A DNA stretch of 61,608 nucleotides from an uncultured Methanosarcinales archaeon (GCA_964630685.1 CAZVVW010000001.1:94236-155843); one strand, 5' to 3'. Shown: positions 19,063-29,455, numbered from the stretch's first letter. Made by a program: numbers and translations. Notes: generated from the letters alone by a model not told the origin.

Positions 19063-19250
19063 TTTAATATGCTGTGGAAAGGAATAAGAAGATATTTAAA
19101 TCTTTTGTTTGTAACTACTTTAAAGGTATAATTTTAGCTAAAAACAGTAAATTTGTGCTTAAATTGGGCAAAAGTTTATAAAGAATAGGGAAGAATAAAG
19201 GTAAATAACTTAAAATATGTTCATTTAATGAACAATGGAGGAAAATAAAA

Positions 19251-19397
19251 ATGGTAGAAGGATATTGTGTTAAATGTAAAGCAAAAAGAGAAATGGCAGA
19301 AGCTGCTGAAGTTACAATGAAAAACGGTAGAAAAGCAATGAAAGGTAAATGCCCAAATTGCGGTACCGGAATGTATAGAATTATGGGAAATAAGTAA
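19251..19397 (+). CDS. Small Zn-ribbon protein (DUF5679-like)
   Basis: MVEGYCVKCKAKREM...MKNGRKAMKGKCPNCGTGMYRIMGNK; GGAGG RBS; below the ORF-track cutoff. Confidence 0.9.
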   Translation: MVEGYCVKCKAKREMAEAAEVTMKNGRKAMKGKCPNCGTGMYRIMGNK

Positions 19398-19439
19398 TTT
19401 CCCTATTTTTTTCTTTTTTTCTTTTGATTTTTTATTAAA

Positions 19440-19976
19440 ATGGCATTATATTTTTTAACAGGTAATTCTGGAAAATTCAAAGAAGTCAAAAAAATTCTCC
19501 CTGAAGTTGAACAATTAGAATTGGACTTATTGGAAATCCAAGAATTAGACTCTAAAAAAGTTATTGAAGAAAAGCTAAATGAAGCTGTAAAACAGCATGA
19601 TGGAGAGTTCTTTGTGGGTGATAATTCTATTCATCTTGAATGTCTAAATGGTTTTCCTGGACCTTTGATTAAATGGTTAATGAAAGCTATAGGAAATAAA
19701 GGAATTTATGAGATGGTTAGTAAGTATGATGATAATAGAGTTACTGCTAAATGTATTTATGGTTATACTAACAGAAAAGAGGTAAAGTTCTTTGAAGGAG
19801 AAATAAAAGGAAGAATAGTTGCTCCAAAAGGAGATAATGGTTTTGGATGGGATCCTATTTTTCAGCCAGAAGGGCATGATAAAACATTTGGGGAGATGAA
19901 TTTGGATGAGAAAAATATGCTTAGTATGCGAATGAAAGCAGTTATTAAGATGAAAGAATATTTTGAGAGTAAATAA
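19440..19976 (+). CDS. rdgB: Non-canonical purine NTP pyrophosphatase (Ham1/RdgB)
   Basis: TGNSGK, LNGFPGP and GFGWDPIF motifs; SMR in place of SHR. Confidence 0.9.
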   Translation: MALYFLTGNSGKFKEVKKILPEVEQLELDLLEIQELDSKKVIEEKLNEAVKQHDGEFFVGDNSIHLECLNGFPGPLIKWLMKAIGNKGIYEMVSKYDDNRVTAKCIYGYTNRKEVKFFEGEIKGRIVAPKGDNGFGWDPIFQPEGHDKTFGEMNLDEKNMLSMRMKAVIKMKEYFESK

Positions 19977-20807
19977 TTAAATCTTTTCATAATACTTTTT
20001 CATCAATAAAGCATCTTTTTCTATGATTGGGCTTTCAGAAATAACAACTCCGGCTGTTTTAAACTCTTTTAGTACTTTTAATAGATCTTTATAATTCATA
20101 TCGCTTTCTTTTAATGGAAGGTGATGCCTTTCCCCTTTTTCAGTGTAATGGATACCTGATATGTGAATATGCATATTTTTTAGACCTTCTTTACCCAGAG
20201 TATTTTCTACTTGAGTTAACATCTCCCTAAATTCAGGCGTTGTGTTGTTTTTTCCTGCTGTTCTTGCATGCATGTGGGCAAAATCAATGCAAGGCATAAC
20301 TCCTTGTGTTTCTTGGCTGATCTTGAGGATATCTCTTAATCCTGAAAATTGGGTTTGTTTTCCTGTTGTTTCTGGCCTTAACCAGACATCAATTCCATTT
20401 TCATCCATTATTTTCCGAATATATTGGACTTGTTTTTTTATTCTTTCATACACTTTTTCTGGTTCTTGTTTGAGATAGAATCCTGCGTGAAATGTGGTGC
20501 TATAACCGCCACAAAGATGAGTTATTTTAGCAGAATTAATAATCCTGTTTATGCTTGCGTGCAGTTTAGGTTTTTCAATTGCATTTAGATTGATAAAGTA
20601 AGGTGCATGAGAAGTGAGGATTATATTGTGTTTTTTTGCTGTTTTTTTCACTTCAGGTGCTTTTTCTGCTGTAATGTTAATAGAACGCACAAATTCAAGT
20701 TCCATTGCTGATAAATTGAGCTCTTTTACTCTACTTATACCATTTAATGTAGTGCGATTTAGGGTGCTTATTGGGATTCCTGCTGTGCCGAATAATAGTT
20801 TTTTCAT
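19977..20807 (-). CDS. nfo: Endonuclease IV (archaeal type)
   Basis: HAPYFINL, ETTGK, IDFAH, HIHISG, GERHH and ISESP motifs. Confidence 0.9.
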   Translation of the reverse strand: MKKLLFGTAGIPISTLNRTTLNGISRVKELNLSAMELEFVRSINITAEKAPEVKKTAKKHNIILTSHAPYFINLNAIEKPKLHASINRIINSAKITHLCGGYSTTFHAGFYLKQEPEKVYERIKKQVQYIRKIMDENGIDVWLRPETTGKQTQFSGLRDILKISQETQGVMPCIDFAHMHARTAGKNNTTPEFREMLTQVENTLGKEGLKNMHIHISGIHYTEKGERHHLPLKESDMNYKDLLKVLKEFKTAGVVISESPIIEKDALLMKKYYEKI

Positions 20808-20865
20808 GTATTTTCTAAAAATCTTTTAGTATTTATTACTTTTTAATAATTTAAAAAAGTCTAAA

Positions 20866-20884
20866 GGGGGCAGGGTTTGCCCCC
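20866..20884 (-). terminator. GC hairpin followed by T-rich tract on the minus strand
   Basis: GGGGGCA-N5-TGCCCCC, followed by TTTAGACTTTTTT on the minus strand, downstream of the 34-aa ORF. Confidence 0.5.
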
Positions 20885-20900
20885 AAGAGAAAACACAGGA

Positions 20901-21005
20901 TTAAACACACGTGGAGGGCTTTTTGTTGTGTTCTTTGATAAGGTTAAAGAAAGTATAGGATAAATCAGTTACATCCTCTTTTGTCCAGTTTTTGTCTTTA
21001 TTCAT
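20901..21005 (-). CDS. Putative 34-aa small protein
   Basis: MNKDKNWTKEDVTDLSYTFFNLIKEHNKKPSTCV, with a GAGGTGA RBS upstream and a terminator-like hairpin downstream. Confidence 0.6.
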   Translation of the reverse strand: MNKDKNWTKEDVTDLSYTFFNLIKEHNKKPSTCV

Positions 21006-21098
21006 AATTATCACCTCTTTGATGCTTTTTTTATTATTTTAAGGGTTTATATATCTCACGCGAGAGGATGTCCAGTGCATATGGTGTTTTGTCCAGTG

Positions 21099-21139
21099 CT
21101 CAGTGGATCCAATGGACAAAGAGGGAAAAAGTTTAAAAA
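21099..21139 (+). repeat. Duplicated promoter block, copy 1 (copy 2 at 21999-22039)
   Basis: Exact 25-bp GACAAAGAGGGAAAAAGTTTAAAAA at 21115 and 22015; contains a BRE/TATA-like element. Confidence 0.75.
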
Positions 21140-21160
21140 GGAGATACAATAAATTTTATT

Positions 21161-21961
21161 ATGGAGAAAAATTTAGTTGATTTTAGTGGGGAAAAACCTA
21201 ATCTGAATTATTCTAAATTTTATATAGATACCAATATTTTCTTTCCACCATCTGAAGGTAAAAAACATCAAAAAAATTTTAAGTGTTGGAATGTCAATAG
21301 TTTCAGAAGATATTGGGGTCTTGAGAATTTAAATAGAAAAGAAATATTGCGTTCTTTTGCTGATTATAATCTTAATTATATGGATGGATTAGAAAATTTA
21401 ATTTTATCTGATGGTAGGATTAATATAATTAGCGATGTTAAAGAAGAGTTAAGGGAAATGAAACATTGCCATAATATGAGGGGTAAAATCATTAAAAATT
21501 TTAAATATAAATATTTTAATAAAAAGGCGTATAGGTGTTTTACAAAATCTTTTGAAAAGATATATCTAATATTGGATTATTTGGAGGAAAATGAAAAAAT
21601 CCAAAATATAGATGAATTGAAAAAAGATTCAACATTTAATTTATTTTTGATTATAGCTAAAAAAGAAAAAAATAATGGAGTTATTAATAAAAAAAATTTT
21701 ACAGATGAATTAATTATTGCAACAGCTTTATATGATTCATTTTATAATAATACTCCTGTAGGTATTTTAACCAGGGATTGTGGATTAATGGCGGCACTAA
21801 ATAAATCTAAACAAAAAATATCTAAAATGAATTACCCTTATCTTAATGTTGTTACTTTTGATTTAAATTATAATCATCTATTTTTAACAAAATATAATAA
21901 TCGGTATAATCATGAATATAATGATACTCATAAAATTAATATTCAAAAAAAAAGTGATTGA
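21161..21961 (+). CDS. PIN-domain-like protein
   Basis: YIDTN, E in VKEE, FTDELII and LTRD acidic motifs. Confidence 0.6.
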   Translation: MEKNLVDFSGEKPNLNYSKFYIDTNIFFPPSEGKKHQKNFKCWNVNSFRRYWGLENLNRKEILRSFADYNLNYMDGLENLILSDGRINIISDVKEELREMKHCHNMRGKIIKNFKYKYFNKKAYRCFTKSFEKIYLILDYLEENEKIQNIDELKKDSTFNLFLIIAKKEKNNGVINKKNFTDELIIATALYDSFYNNTPVGILTRDCGLMAALNKSKQKISKMNYPYLNVVTFDLNYNHLFLTKYNNRYNHEYNDTHKINIQKKSD

Positions 21962-22061
21962 GGTAAATTAATTTAATTAATCAAGTGATTATTTAATTCT
22001 CACTGGACACAGTAGACAAAGAGGGAAAAAGTTTAAAAACTAGATAGATTAATTTCTTAAG

Positions 22062-22847
22062 ATGGCAAAAAGAATACAAAGTCCAAGTTCAATAAATACA
22101 TACAGGCAGTGTCCGAGAAAGTATTATTATAGTTATATTGAGAAAATTAAAACTCTCCCCAATATTCATCTTTTAAGGGGTAGTGCTTTACATAAAGTGT
22201 TGGAAGATTTTTTTAAAATAGATATTAATAATATTTCTAAAGCTAATTATGAGTTTGAGTTAGGAATTATTGCACATGAATCTTTTAAAAAAGAGTGGGA
22301 AAAAAGAAGGGAAGAATTATCTAGGTTAGGATTACAAGATGCTCAATTGGCTTTTTATTATAAAGAATCAAAAGATATGTTGGATAATTGGCTTAAACGA
22401 TTTTTTGATAAATTACGAAAAGAGGACGAATTTGTTAATGGATTTGAAAGAATAAAACCTTTAACTGAAGTTTATTTTAAGTCAGAAGAGCATGGTTTAC
22501 AAGGGTATATAGATGCAATTGAGGATATTGAAGGTAAAATAAGTTTAATTGATTATAAAACTTCTAAAAGAGATCATATGAATGAAGATTATAAGCTACA
22601 GCTTGCTATTTATGCTTTGATGTATTATGAAAAATATGATAAATTAGTGGATAAAGTTGGAATTGATTTCTTAAGACATGGTGAAAGGTATCTCGATGTT
22701 GATGAAGAATTACTTGAGTTTGCCAGACAAGAAGCCAAAATGATTCATGAGAACACTATTAGCGATGATAAAGCTGATTATCCTATAAAAGAGTCTGTTT
22801 TATGTGGTTGGTGTGATTTTGAGAATATGTGTGGGCGAAAAGGTTAA
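22062..22847 (+). CDS. Solo Cas4/RecB-like PD-(D/E)xK nuclease with Fe-S cysteines
   Basis: SPSS...CPRK; GYID, IDYKT, QLAIY; CGWCDFENMC. Confidence 0.88.
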   Translation: MAKRIQSPSSINTYRQCPRKYYYSYIEKIKTLPNIHLLRGSALHKVLEDFFKIDINNISKANYEFELGIIAHESFKKEWEKRREELSRLGLQDAQLAFYYKESKDMLDNWLKRFFDKLRKEDEFVNGFERIKPLTEVYFKSEEHGLQGYIDAIEDIEGKISLIDYKTSKRDHMNEDYKLQLAIYALMYYEKYDKLVDKVGIDFLRHGERYLDVDEELLEFARQEAKMIHENTISDDKADYPIKESVLCGWCDFENMCGRKG

Positions 22848-23314
22848 TCTAAAGTTTTAACTTCATGACTTACTAATTTTTCTAAGCCTTCTGTAAAATA
22901 GAATTTGCCTTCAAAGTTTTTTTGTTTGAGCATTAAAGGAAGCCAATATTTATCATCTTCCCACATTTGGTCAAAAGGAAGTTTAGTCTCATCCATCCAT
23001 TTTAATTTTCCTTCTCTATAATCTTGTTTTAGCTCTCCTGAATATTTTTCTGTTTCAAAAACATGAACTAGCCAGATAGGGTCTTTTTGTTCTGGTGTGT
23101 GGAATATTAATGTTCCCCTGTTTATTGGGTTGTAGATAGTTAAACCTGTTTCTTCATTAATTTCTCTGATTACTCCTTGTTCAGATGTTTCTCCTTCTGC
23201 TATTTTTCCACCTGGAGCGTTCCATCTATCTCCACCAAACAGTTTTTTTGCTTTTTTTTGGAGAAGTATCTTTCCATTGTTTTTGATGTAACATAATGTT
23301 CCGTAGATTGTCAT
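22844..23314 (-). CDS. Nudix hydrolase (MutT/MTH1-like)
   Basis: GGKIAEGETSEQGVIREINEETGL; MWEDDKYW. Confidence 0.9.
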   Translation of the reverse strand: MTIYGTLCYIKNNGKILLQKKAKKLFGGDRWNAPGGKIAEGETSEQGVIREINEETGLTIYNPINRGTLIFHTPEQKDPIWLVHVFETEKYSGELKQDYREGKLKWMDETKLPFDQMWEDDKYWLPLMLKQKNFEGKFYFTEGLEKLVSHEVKTLD

Positions 23315-23382
23315 TTTATAATTTTTGTTTTATTTAAGATAGATTTGATTGATTTAAATAAGTTTCTTTATAGAGTATATAT

Positions 23383-24045
23383 CTAAATTTTATATTCCTT
23401 AAACAATCTATCAAATCGTCTGTTTATTTTTCTTTTAGCAGGCCCATCAAACAAGAGTTGTGGCTGACAAGGATAAGTTTTAACACCTATTCTTTTATAA
23501 TCCATTAATGTTGGCATATAATCTTTTTCATTAATTTTTTTTGCAAATATGTTATCTGGACTAATATTAAAAAAACCTATATCATTTTGGATAAAGAAAC
23601 ATTCTAAAGCAAGGAGTTGATCCCAAAATAGTTCACTTTTTATTTTCCCCCTTTGATCTAAAGACAAAGATAACCTTCCATCGTAATCTTTAATCAATTT
23701 TTGAAATAAAAGACTTTTATCGTCTTTTTTGGTTAATCCAATTATTGGTGTAAAATTAGCAGATAGCTCTCGTGGAATTTTTTGTTTTAGTTTTTCATAT
23801 TCTTTAAATTCAAGCTCATTGAAGTCAGATACCCAGAATTTTAACTTAGTGTATAATTTACTTGGAAAATTTAATGAAAATAATCCATAATCTTGTGTTC
23901 TGTATTTTTTAGGGGTTTTTACACATACATCATCATTGATTTTATAGACCTCCCTATATGCGCCTTCACCAATCTTATAACTAAAAGATATGTCTTCTAA
24001 TAGCTTATTTAAACTATAATTTTTCATACTGCGCTCAATAAGCAT
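23383..24045 (-). CDS. Kinase-fold protein (YrbL-like)
   Basis: IGEGAYREVY, VCVKT, NISPDNI and MDY motifs. Confidence 0.6.
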   Translation of the reverse strand: MLIERSMKNYSLNKLLEDISFSYKIGEGAYREVYKINDDVCVKTPKKYRTQDYGLFSLNFPSKLYTKLKFWVSDFNELEFKEYEKLKQKIPRELSANFTPIIGLTKKDDKSLLFQKLIKDYDGRLSLSLDQRGKIKSELFWDQLLALECFFIQNDIGFFNISPDNIFAKKINEKDYMPTLMDYKRIGVKTYPCQPQLLFDGPAKRKINRRFDRLFKEYKI

Positions 24046-24091
24046 GTTATTTATAAGTTTTACTACTAAAAAAGAATATTTAAGAGGATAT

Positions 24092-24637
24092 TTACTTATA
24101 CAGATTCCTGATTAGGTCTGCTTTTGTTATAATTCCAACAATTTTTCCTTTATCATTTACAATTACAATAGGAAAAGAATGAAGAAGGTCTGTGATTATT
24201 CTTATAGATGTGTTGATTGAGATTGATGGGGGGGATTCTAACATAATTTCTTTGACTATTTTAGCATTTTGGTTTCCTAAAATGTTATTTAATATTGACG
24301 ATTCTGAAATTGTTCCTATAGGGGTGTTGTTTTGAATGACTGGGAGCTGAGATATTTCGTGTTTTTTCATCAAAGAGATGGTTTTTTTAATTTCTTGGTC
24401 TGGTGTAACTGAAATTATGTTTTTTTCCATTATATCTTTTGCTGTAAGTTCTTTTTCTTTAGAAATATTGTTTAATGCATTGAAAATCTTAATCGCATTA
24501 GAATATGTGGGTTCAAGATGTCCAGATTCAATTTTAGCTATCATTGATTGGGAAACTCCTGATCTTTGAGCTAATTCTATCTGGGTAAGATTGAATTTTT
24601 TTCTTATTTTTTTAATATCTTTTAGTTCAAGTGGCAT
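24092..24637 (-). CDS. XRE-HTH + CBS transcriptional regulator
   Basis: LTQIELAQRSGVSQSMIAKIESG, then a CBS pair (ISQLPVI, GIITKADL). Confidence 0.92.
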   Translation of the reverse strand: MPLELKDIKKIRKKFNLTQIELAQRSGVSQSMIAKIESGHLEPTYSNAIKIFNALNNISKEKELTAKDIMEKNIISVTPDQEIKKTISLMKKHEISQLPVIQNNTPIGTISESSILNNILGNQNAKIVKEIMLESPPSISINTSIRIITDLLHSFPIVIVNDKGKIVGIITKADLIRNLYK

Positions 24638-24720
24638 ATTCTTATATGAATAATTTGTGTTTATTTGTTTTAAAATAGGTAAATTTATTTATAATTTAGG
24701 TATAAATGCTCATTATTTAT

Positions 24721-24742
24721 AAATATTCCTATAAGAATATTT
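24721..24742. promoter_or_regulatory. Inverted repeat, putative operator upstream of metK
   Basis: AAATATTC-N6-GAATATTT; a second TATTC-N6-GAATA lies at about 24637-24652. Confidence 0.5.
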
Positions 24743-24802
24743 TTATCAGTAAACTTTAAATAGTATTAGCGAAGATATTGGGATAATTGGAGGTCGTTAT
24801 TT

Positions 24803-26011
24803 ATGAAAGGAAAATATTTATTTACAAGTGAAAGTGTGACTGAAGGTCACCCAGATAAAGTATGTGATAAAATTTCTGATGCTTTTTTAGATGAATGTTT
24901 AAGACAAGATAAAAACAGTAGAGTTGCTGTTGAAATTTTTACTACTACTGGTTTAGTTGTGTTGGGTGGAGAGGTTACAACTAAGGGATATGTAGATGCA
25001 CAAAAAATAGTTAGAAATGTATTAAAAGAGATTGGATATGATGAATCTGTTTCTGGATTTTGTTATAAAGATGTTGGTGTAATGAGTTCTATTCATGAAC
25101 AAAGTCCTGACATAAGTCAAGGAGTTACTGTAGGCGAAGGAGACGATAAAGAACAGGGTGCTGGAGATCAAGGAATGATGTTTGGTTACGCAACTAATGA
25201 AACAAAAGAATATATGCCTATGCCCCTTGTGTTTGCACATAAATTAACTATGAAACTTACTGAAGTAAGAAAAAAAGGAGAACTTGATTATCTTAAACCT
25301 GATGGAAAAAGTCAAGTTACGGTTGAATATGAAAATGGAACTCCAAAAAGAGTTGATGCAGTTGTTGTTGCATCACATCATGATAAAGATGTAGGTATAG
25401 AACAACTTAGAAAAGATATTAAAGAAAAAGTTATAGAACCTGTTTGTGGAGATTATTTAGATGAAAATACTAAATATTTCATAAATGCCACAGGAAAGTT
25501 TGTTTTGGGTGGTCCTCCAGCAGATACTGGGTTGACAGGTAGAAAAATAATCGTAGATACTTATGGCGGACACGGAAGTCACGGTGGAGGAGCTTTTAGT
25601 GGTAAGGATCCAAGTAAAGTAGATAGAAGCGCAAGTTATGCTGCAAGATATATCGCCAAAAATGTTGTTGCTGCAGGATTAGCTGACAAATGTGAAGTCC
25701 AAATAGCTTATTCTATTGGAGTTTCTGAGCCAGTTTCATTGTTAGTGCATACTTTTAGGACTAATAAGATTTCTGAAGAAAAGATAACTGAATTAGTTAA
25801 GAAACATTTCCCATTAAAACCTGCTGATATTGTTAAGGAATTAGATTTACTTAGGCCTATTTATCAAAAAACAGCTGCTTATGGGCATTTTGGAAGAGAT
25901 GATGCTGATTTCACTTGGGAAAAACTCGATAAGGTTGATGTGTTGAAGAAAGAGGCTGGAGAGTTAGGTGAATCTGAGATAAATGGCAAAGACGAAATGA
26001 TCGATGAGTAA
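24803..26011 (+). CDS. metK: S-adenosylmethionine synthetase, bacterial/eukaryotic type
   Basis: [26 protein letters not shown] and AAYGHFG motifs. Confidence 0.97.
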   Translation: MKGKYLFTSESVTEGHPDKVCDKISDAFLDECLRQDKNSRVAVEIFTTTGLVVLGGEVTTKGYVDAQKIVRNVLKEIGYDESVSGFCYKDVGVMSSIHEQSPDISQGVTVGEGDDKEQGAGDQGMMFGYATNETKEYMPMPLVFAHKLTMKLTEVRKKGELDYLKPDGKSQVTVEYENGTPKRVDAVVVASHHDKDVGIEQLRKDIKEKVIEPVCGDYLDENTKYFINATGKFVLGGPPADTGLTGRKIIVDTYGGHGSHGGGAFSGKDPSKVDRSASYAARYIAKNVVAAGLADKCEVQIAYSIGVSEPVSLLVHTFRTNKISEEKITELVKKHFPLKPADIVKELDLLRPIYQKTAAYGHFGRDDADFTWEKLDKVDVLKKEAGELGESEINGKDEMIDE

Positions 26012-26081
26012 ATTTAGATTTTCTTTTATTTTTTTCTTTTTTCGTAAGGTTTAAAAATAACCTTTTATTTCTTTTTTTATT

Positions 26082-26483
26082 ATGGATTATAAAAAATACA
26101 AAAATAGGAGAATAAGACATTGGGTTATTGCACCTTTTTTATGGTTAAATTTATTTCCCATACTTCTTTTAGATTTTTTTACTGAATTATACCATAGAAT
26201 TACTTTTCCGATATATGGGCTTCCACTTGTTAAAAGGTCTGATTATATCAAAATAGATAGACCTAAACTAAAATATCTGTCTTTATTTGATAAACTTAGT
26301 TGTGGTTATTGTGGGTATGCTAATGGGGTGTTACCTTATGCTGCTGAAATTGCTGCTGTTACAGAGAAATATTGGTGCGGAATTAAACATGCACAATACA
26401 AAGAGTTTAAAGAGCCAAAACACCATAAAAAATTTATAAGTTATGGAGACACTAAAAAGTATGAAGAAATATGTAATAAATAA
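26082..26483 (+). CDS. Hypothetical Cys-rich membrane protein
   Basis: TM segment; CGYCGYANG; EKYWCGIKH. Confidence 0.7.
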   Translation: MDYKKYKNRRIRHWVIAPFLWLNLFPILLLDFFTELYHRITFPIYGLPLVKRSDYIKIDRPKLKYLSLFDKLSCGYCGYANGVLPYAAEIAAVTEKYWCGIKHAQYKEFKEPKHHKKFISYGDTKKYEEICNK

Positions 26484-26485
26484 TA

Positions 26486-27349
26486 TTATTCAGTTGGATT
26501 AAATTTGTAAGTTATATTTTTTAGGAATTTGAAGATTTCTTTATTAACTTGTTTTGAGTTTTGAATTGGAGTATCGTGTGTTGCGTTCTTTATTAACACA
26601 AATTTAGAGTCTTTGATTTTTTTAGCCATATCCCTTACATCTTTTACAGCTGTTTTAGTGTCTTGGTCACCTTCAAGCACTAATGTAGGGATATCTATTT
26701 TTGATAGGGTTCTTTTTTTATTGAATTTAATCATTTTTTGAAGGCATATTAACACACTCTTAGGGGGAGTTGTTTTTGCTCCGGTTACCCAATAATAAAA
26801 ATCATCCCTATTTTCTAATTTTGAAAAATCAATATAAGGAAATTGTTTCTCTTGGATTTGTTGATTTTTCATTATGTAATCAAACATAAATTTAGAGAAT
26901 CTTGTTAATCTTGTGTATTCTTTTATTTTTTTATATTCTAATTCATCTGTATGTTTTAAGGGGTTTTCATAGATAGTGTCTATCAGAATTAATGCGCTTG
27001 GTTTTTCTGGAAAGAATGAGAAATAAGATAAAGCAATCATTCCACCAAAAGAGTGCCCTACTAACACAAATTCAGTGACTTTTTCTTTTTTGATTATTGA
27101 TTCTATGTCTTTTGCGAATTTGTTAAATGTGTAACTTTTTGGACTGTTTGGTTTAGATGATTTTCCATGACCCCTTAAATCAATAGCGATAGTAGAATAT
27201 TTCTTTTTTTCAAAATATTTTAACTCTTTAAGCCACATAGTATGGTTTAATGGCCACCCATGTAGAAATATTAGAAAAGGTCCCCCTTTTTTCTCGATTC
27301 TATAATATATCCTGTTGTTTCCAGCAGTTTTGGCGTATTTATTTGCCAT
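26486..27349 (-). CDS. Alpha/beta hydrolase
   Basis: LHGW, DLRGHG, GHSFG, GDQD and ATH motifs. Confidence 0.92.
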   Translation of the reverse strand: MANKYAKTAGNNRIYYRIEKKGGPFLIFLHGWPLNHTMWLKELKYFEKKKYSTIAIDLRGHGKSSKPNSPKSYTFNKFAKDIESIIKKEKVTEFVLVGHSFGGMIALSYFSFFPEKPSALILIDTIYENPLKHTDELEYKKIKEYTRLTRFSKFMFDYIMKNQQIQEKQFPYIDFSKLENRDDFYYWVTGAKTTPPKSVLICLQKMIKFNKKRTLSKIDIPTLVLEGDQDTKTAVKDVRDMAKKIKDSKFVLIKNATHDTPIQNSKQVNKEIFKFLKNITYKFNPTE

Positions 27350-27446
27350 TGTTCTCTTGATGAGTGTTTTGGGTATTTAAAATTATCCTGTCTTTGGATG
27401 TATTAAATCACTAGTTTTATATAGCTTTTTCTTTTTTCAGCTTGGT

Positions 27447-27764
27447 ATGAGAGATACAAGAGTAGCTAAAAGGACTTACTATAATGAGTATTTAGAGAAA
27501 AGAATAACTGAATATGTTTTAATTAGTGGAAGAACTCCTTCTGTAGCAACTCAATCTATGAATGATTTTGCAAAATATGTGGCTTCGATGGTTAAAACCG
27601 GACGTCCCGATTATGGATATTCATTATCTGCTTTTAATGGGGACGGATATATTTATTTAGGTTTTGAAGAAAACGAAAAAATAGATTTAGAATATAGAGT
27701 AAGAAACATAAGAAAAAATAGTAAAAAAGAAGCTAAAAAAATAAAACCTAATTATTCTTTTTGA
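27447..27764 (+). CDS. Hypothetical protein
   Basis: 105-aa ORF with an upstream TATA-like element. Confidence 0.55.
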   Translation: MRDTRVAKRTYYNEYLEKRITEYVLISGRTPSVATQSMNDFAKYVASMVKTGRPDYGYSLSAFNGDGYIYLGFEENEKIDLEYRVRNIRKNSKKEAKKIKPNYSF

Positions 27765-28024
27765 TTATCATCATAGCGTTTTTTTATCCATTGATAATTA
27801 CTTTCTTCAAACTTTTTTAATGGACTTTGATAATCAGAATCTTTGTTAAAATAATAAGTTACTGCTAAACCAGCCCCTGCAAGTGCAGAAAATAAGGGAT
27901 TTGAACTTATTTCATTATTCATTAAATAAGTTGTTCCGTATTGAATTGCTTCTGCGCAAGCGCTGAATCCTACAAATACTGCTGTTTTTTCAGCTATATT
28001 CATTAATTTATCATCTAATGCCAT
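27752..28024 (-). CDS. Hypothetical membrane protein
   Basis: Two hydrophobic segments; last gene of a tightly spaced run. Confidence 0.6.
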   Translation of the reverse strand: MALDDKLMNIAEKTAVFVGFSACAEAIQYGTTYLMNNEISSNPLFSALAGAGLAVTYYFNKDSDYQSPLKKFEESNYQWIKKRYDDNQKE

Positions 28025-28025
28025 T

Positions 28026-28334
28026 TTACCAATAACTCACCATTCCTTCTAGTCCTTCTTTATGAAGTGTTTTAGTGATATCTTCTCTTAGTTCTTTTGG
28101 TATTTTAGATACTTCTGAAAAATATATTCCATCTTTTTGTTTGTATTTATATTGTTCAACAAATCCAGGAACTAAAATCAATGGTTCTTCAGTAAATTTT
28201 ATCTGTTTTTGAACCGCAATAACTTTTTTATTATCATATTTTACTAGTTTTTCATAGAATTCATAATCTTCCCAATTAATGCTATTTATCATAGATTCCA
28301 TGGGCATTAATTCTTTTAAATGTGTGTATTCAGC
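28026..28334 (-). CDS. Hypothetical protein
   Basis: MAEYTH start preceded by GGAGG; the ORF track extends it to 28352. Confidence 0.6.
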   Translation of the reverse strand, partial: AEYTHLKELMPMESMINSINWEDYEFYEKLVKYDNKKVIAVQKQIKFTEEPLILVPGFVEQYKYKQKDGIYFSEVSKIPKELREDITKTLHKEGLEGMVSYW

Positions 28335-28353
28335 CATTTTATTTCCCTCCAAT

Positions 28354-28626
28354 TTATGAATATTCTTTTTCTTTAATAAAATTTTCTAATTTTTCTGCTA
28401 TTGTTATTCTACAATAACAATCAGAGTTTGTTTTACAGGGTTTTTCCTTTAATTTTGAAATTACTTCTGAAGGCTTTTCTGCTAAAAAGTTGAGGTCATA
28501 TTCCATTCTCATTGTTATGGTATGATAATTAGAACATCCATTTAGCTCTTGTTTTCTGGCATTAATTCTATAGCCATATTCGTTTTTGGAAATTTCGACC
28601 TCTAAATCAAAATTATCTTTTGTCAT
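28354..28626 (-). CDS. Hypothetical protein with Cys cluster
   Basis: 90-aa ORF with CKTNSDCYC. Confidence 0.55.
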   Translation of the reverse strand: MTKDNFDLEVEISKNEYGYRINARKQELNGCSNYHTITMRMEYDLNFLAEKPSEVISKLKEKPCKTNSDCYCRITIAEKLENFIKEKEYS

Positions 28627-28642
28627 TTGGATTGTTTTTGAT

Positions 28643-29344
28643 TTATGCTTTCTTTTTAAGTTTATCGGAATTTTTTAATTCTTCAACTCTTTCCATCTTT
28701 GTTTGATAATTTTTAGTTAAAAGAGATTTGTATCCATTTAAAAGATTGATTAAATTTTCATTTTTTAATTTACCCACATCATTAAGACTATGGATTCCTA
28801 TATCCCAACTATCTAAACCTTCTTTGAAAGGAATATATTTTTTATTCCAAAAAAGATGAGTTTCGTTTTTATAATGAGTAGGACTAAAGGTTGGATTAAT
28901 AATAATTGAAGAATCTCCTAAATATACTTTTCCTAAAACATGCCCCATTATATTGGCCTCTCTTGATTGTTTATCCAATACATAATCTTCGTGAAATGTT
29001 TCTAAATATGATGTTGGAACTCCTTGTGCTATCATTAATCCTCTAAAAAGAATCCCTATATCTGAACAAGTTGGAAAATAACCTTCTTTTAGTATTTGAT
29101 GTAGGTCTCTTTGTCTGAATATGCTCTTTTTTAATCTCATATTATATTCTCTTTCCTTAGAAGTTTCTGGATTTGGAGTATATCCTTTAATTTTATCTAA
29201 TTTATAAATATATTGACAGGTTTGATGAATTAAACTCCCTCTTAGATTTTTTTTAATGTCGGTTCTAATTTTATCAACATGTTCATAGACTAAATCTGTA
29301 AGTTTGGTCTGTTCTCCTTGTTTTAGATAATCTTTTTGTGCCAT
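28643..29344 (-). CDS. Transglutaminase-like (papain-fold) protein
   Basis: TCSDIGILFRGLMIAQGVP, GHV and INPT fit the C/H/D(N) triad pattern. Confidence 0.6.
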   Translation of the reverse strand: MAQKDYLKQGEQTKLTDLVYEHVDKIRTDIKKNLRGSLIHQTCQYIYKLDKIKGYTPNPETSKEREYNMRLKKSIFRQRDLHQILKEGYFPTCSDIGILFRGLMIAQGVPTSYLETFHEDYVLDKQSREANIMGHVLGKVYLGDSSIIINPTFSPTHYKNETHLFWNKKYIPFKEGLDSWDIGIHSLNDVGKLKNENLINLLNGYKSLLTKNYQTKMERVEELKNSDKLKKKA

Positions 29345-29455
29345 ATTTCTTAAATTAATGTTTTTATTTTATAAAGGTTTTTATTATTTAACCACTAAAG
29401 AGTGATTAACTTATTTATGATAAATTTTAAATAATTTAAAATCTTTTTAGTTATT

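Noticed and set aside
22062..22847. CRISPR-Cas system suggested by the Cas4-like gene
   Set aside because: No cas1/cas2 and no repeat-spacer array in the window; solo Cas4/RecB-like nucleases are common in archaea.
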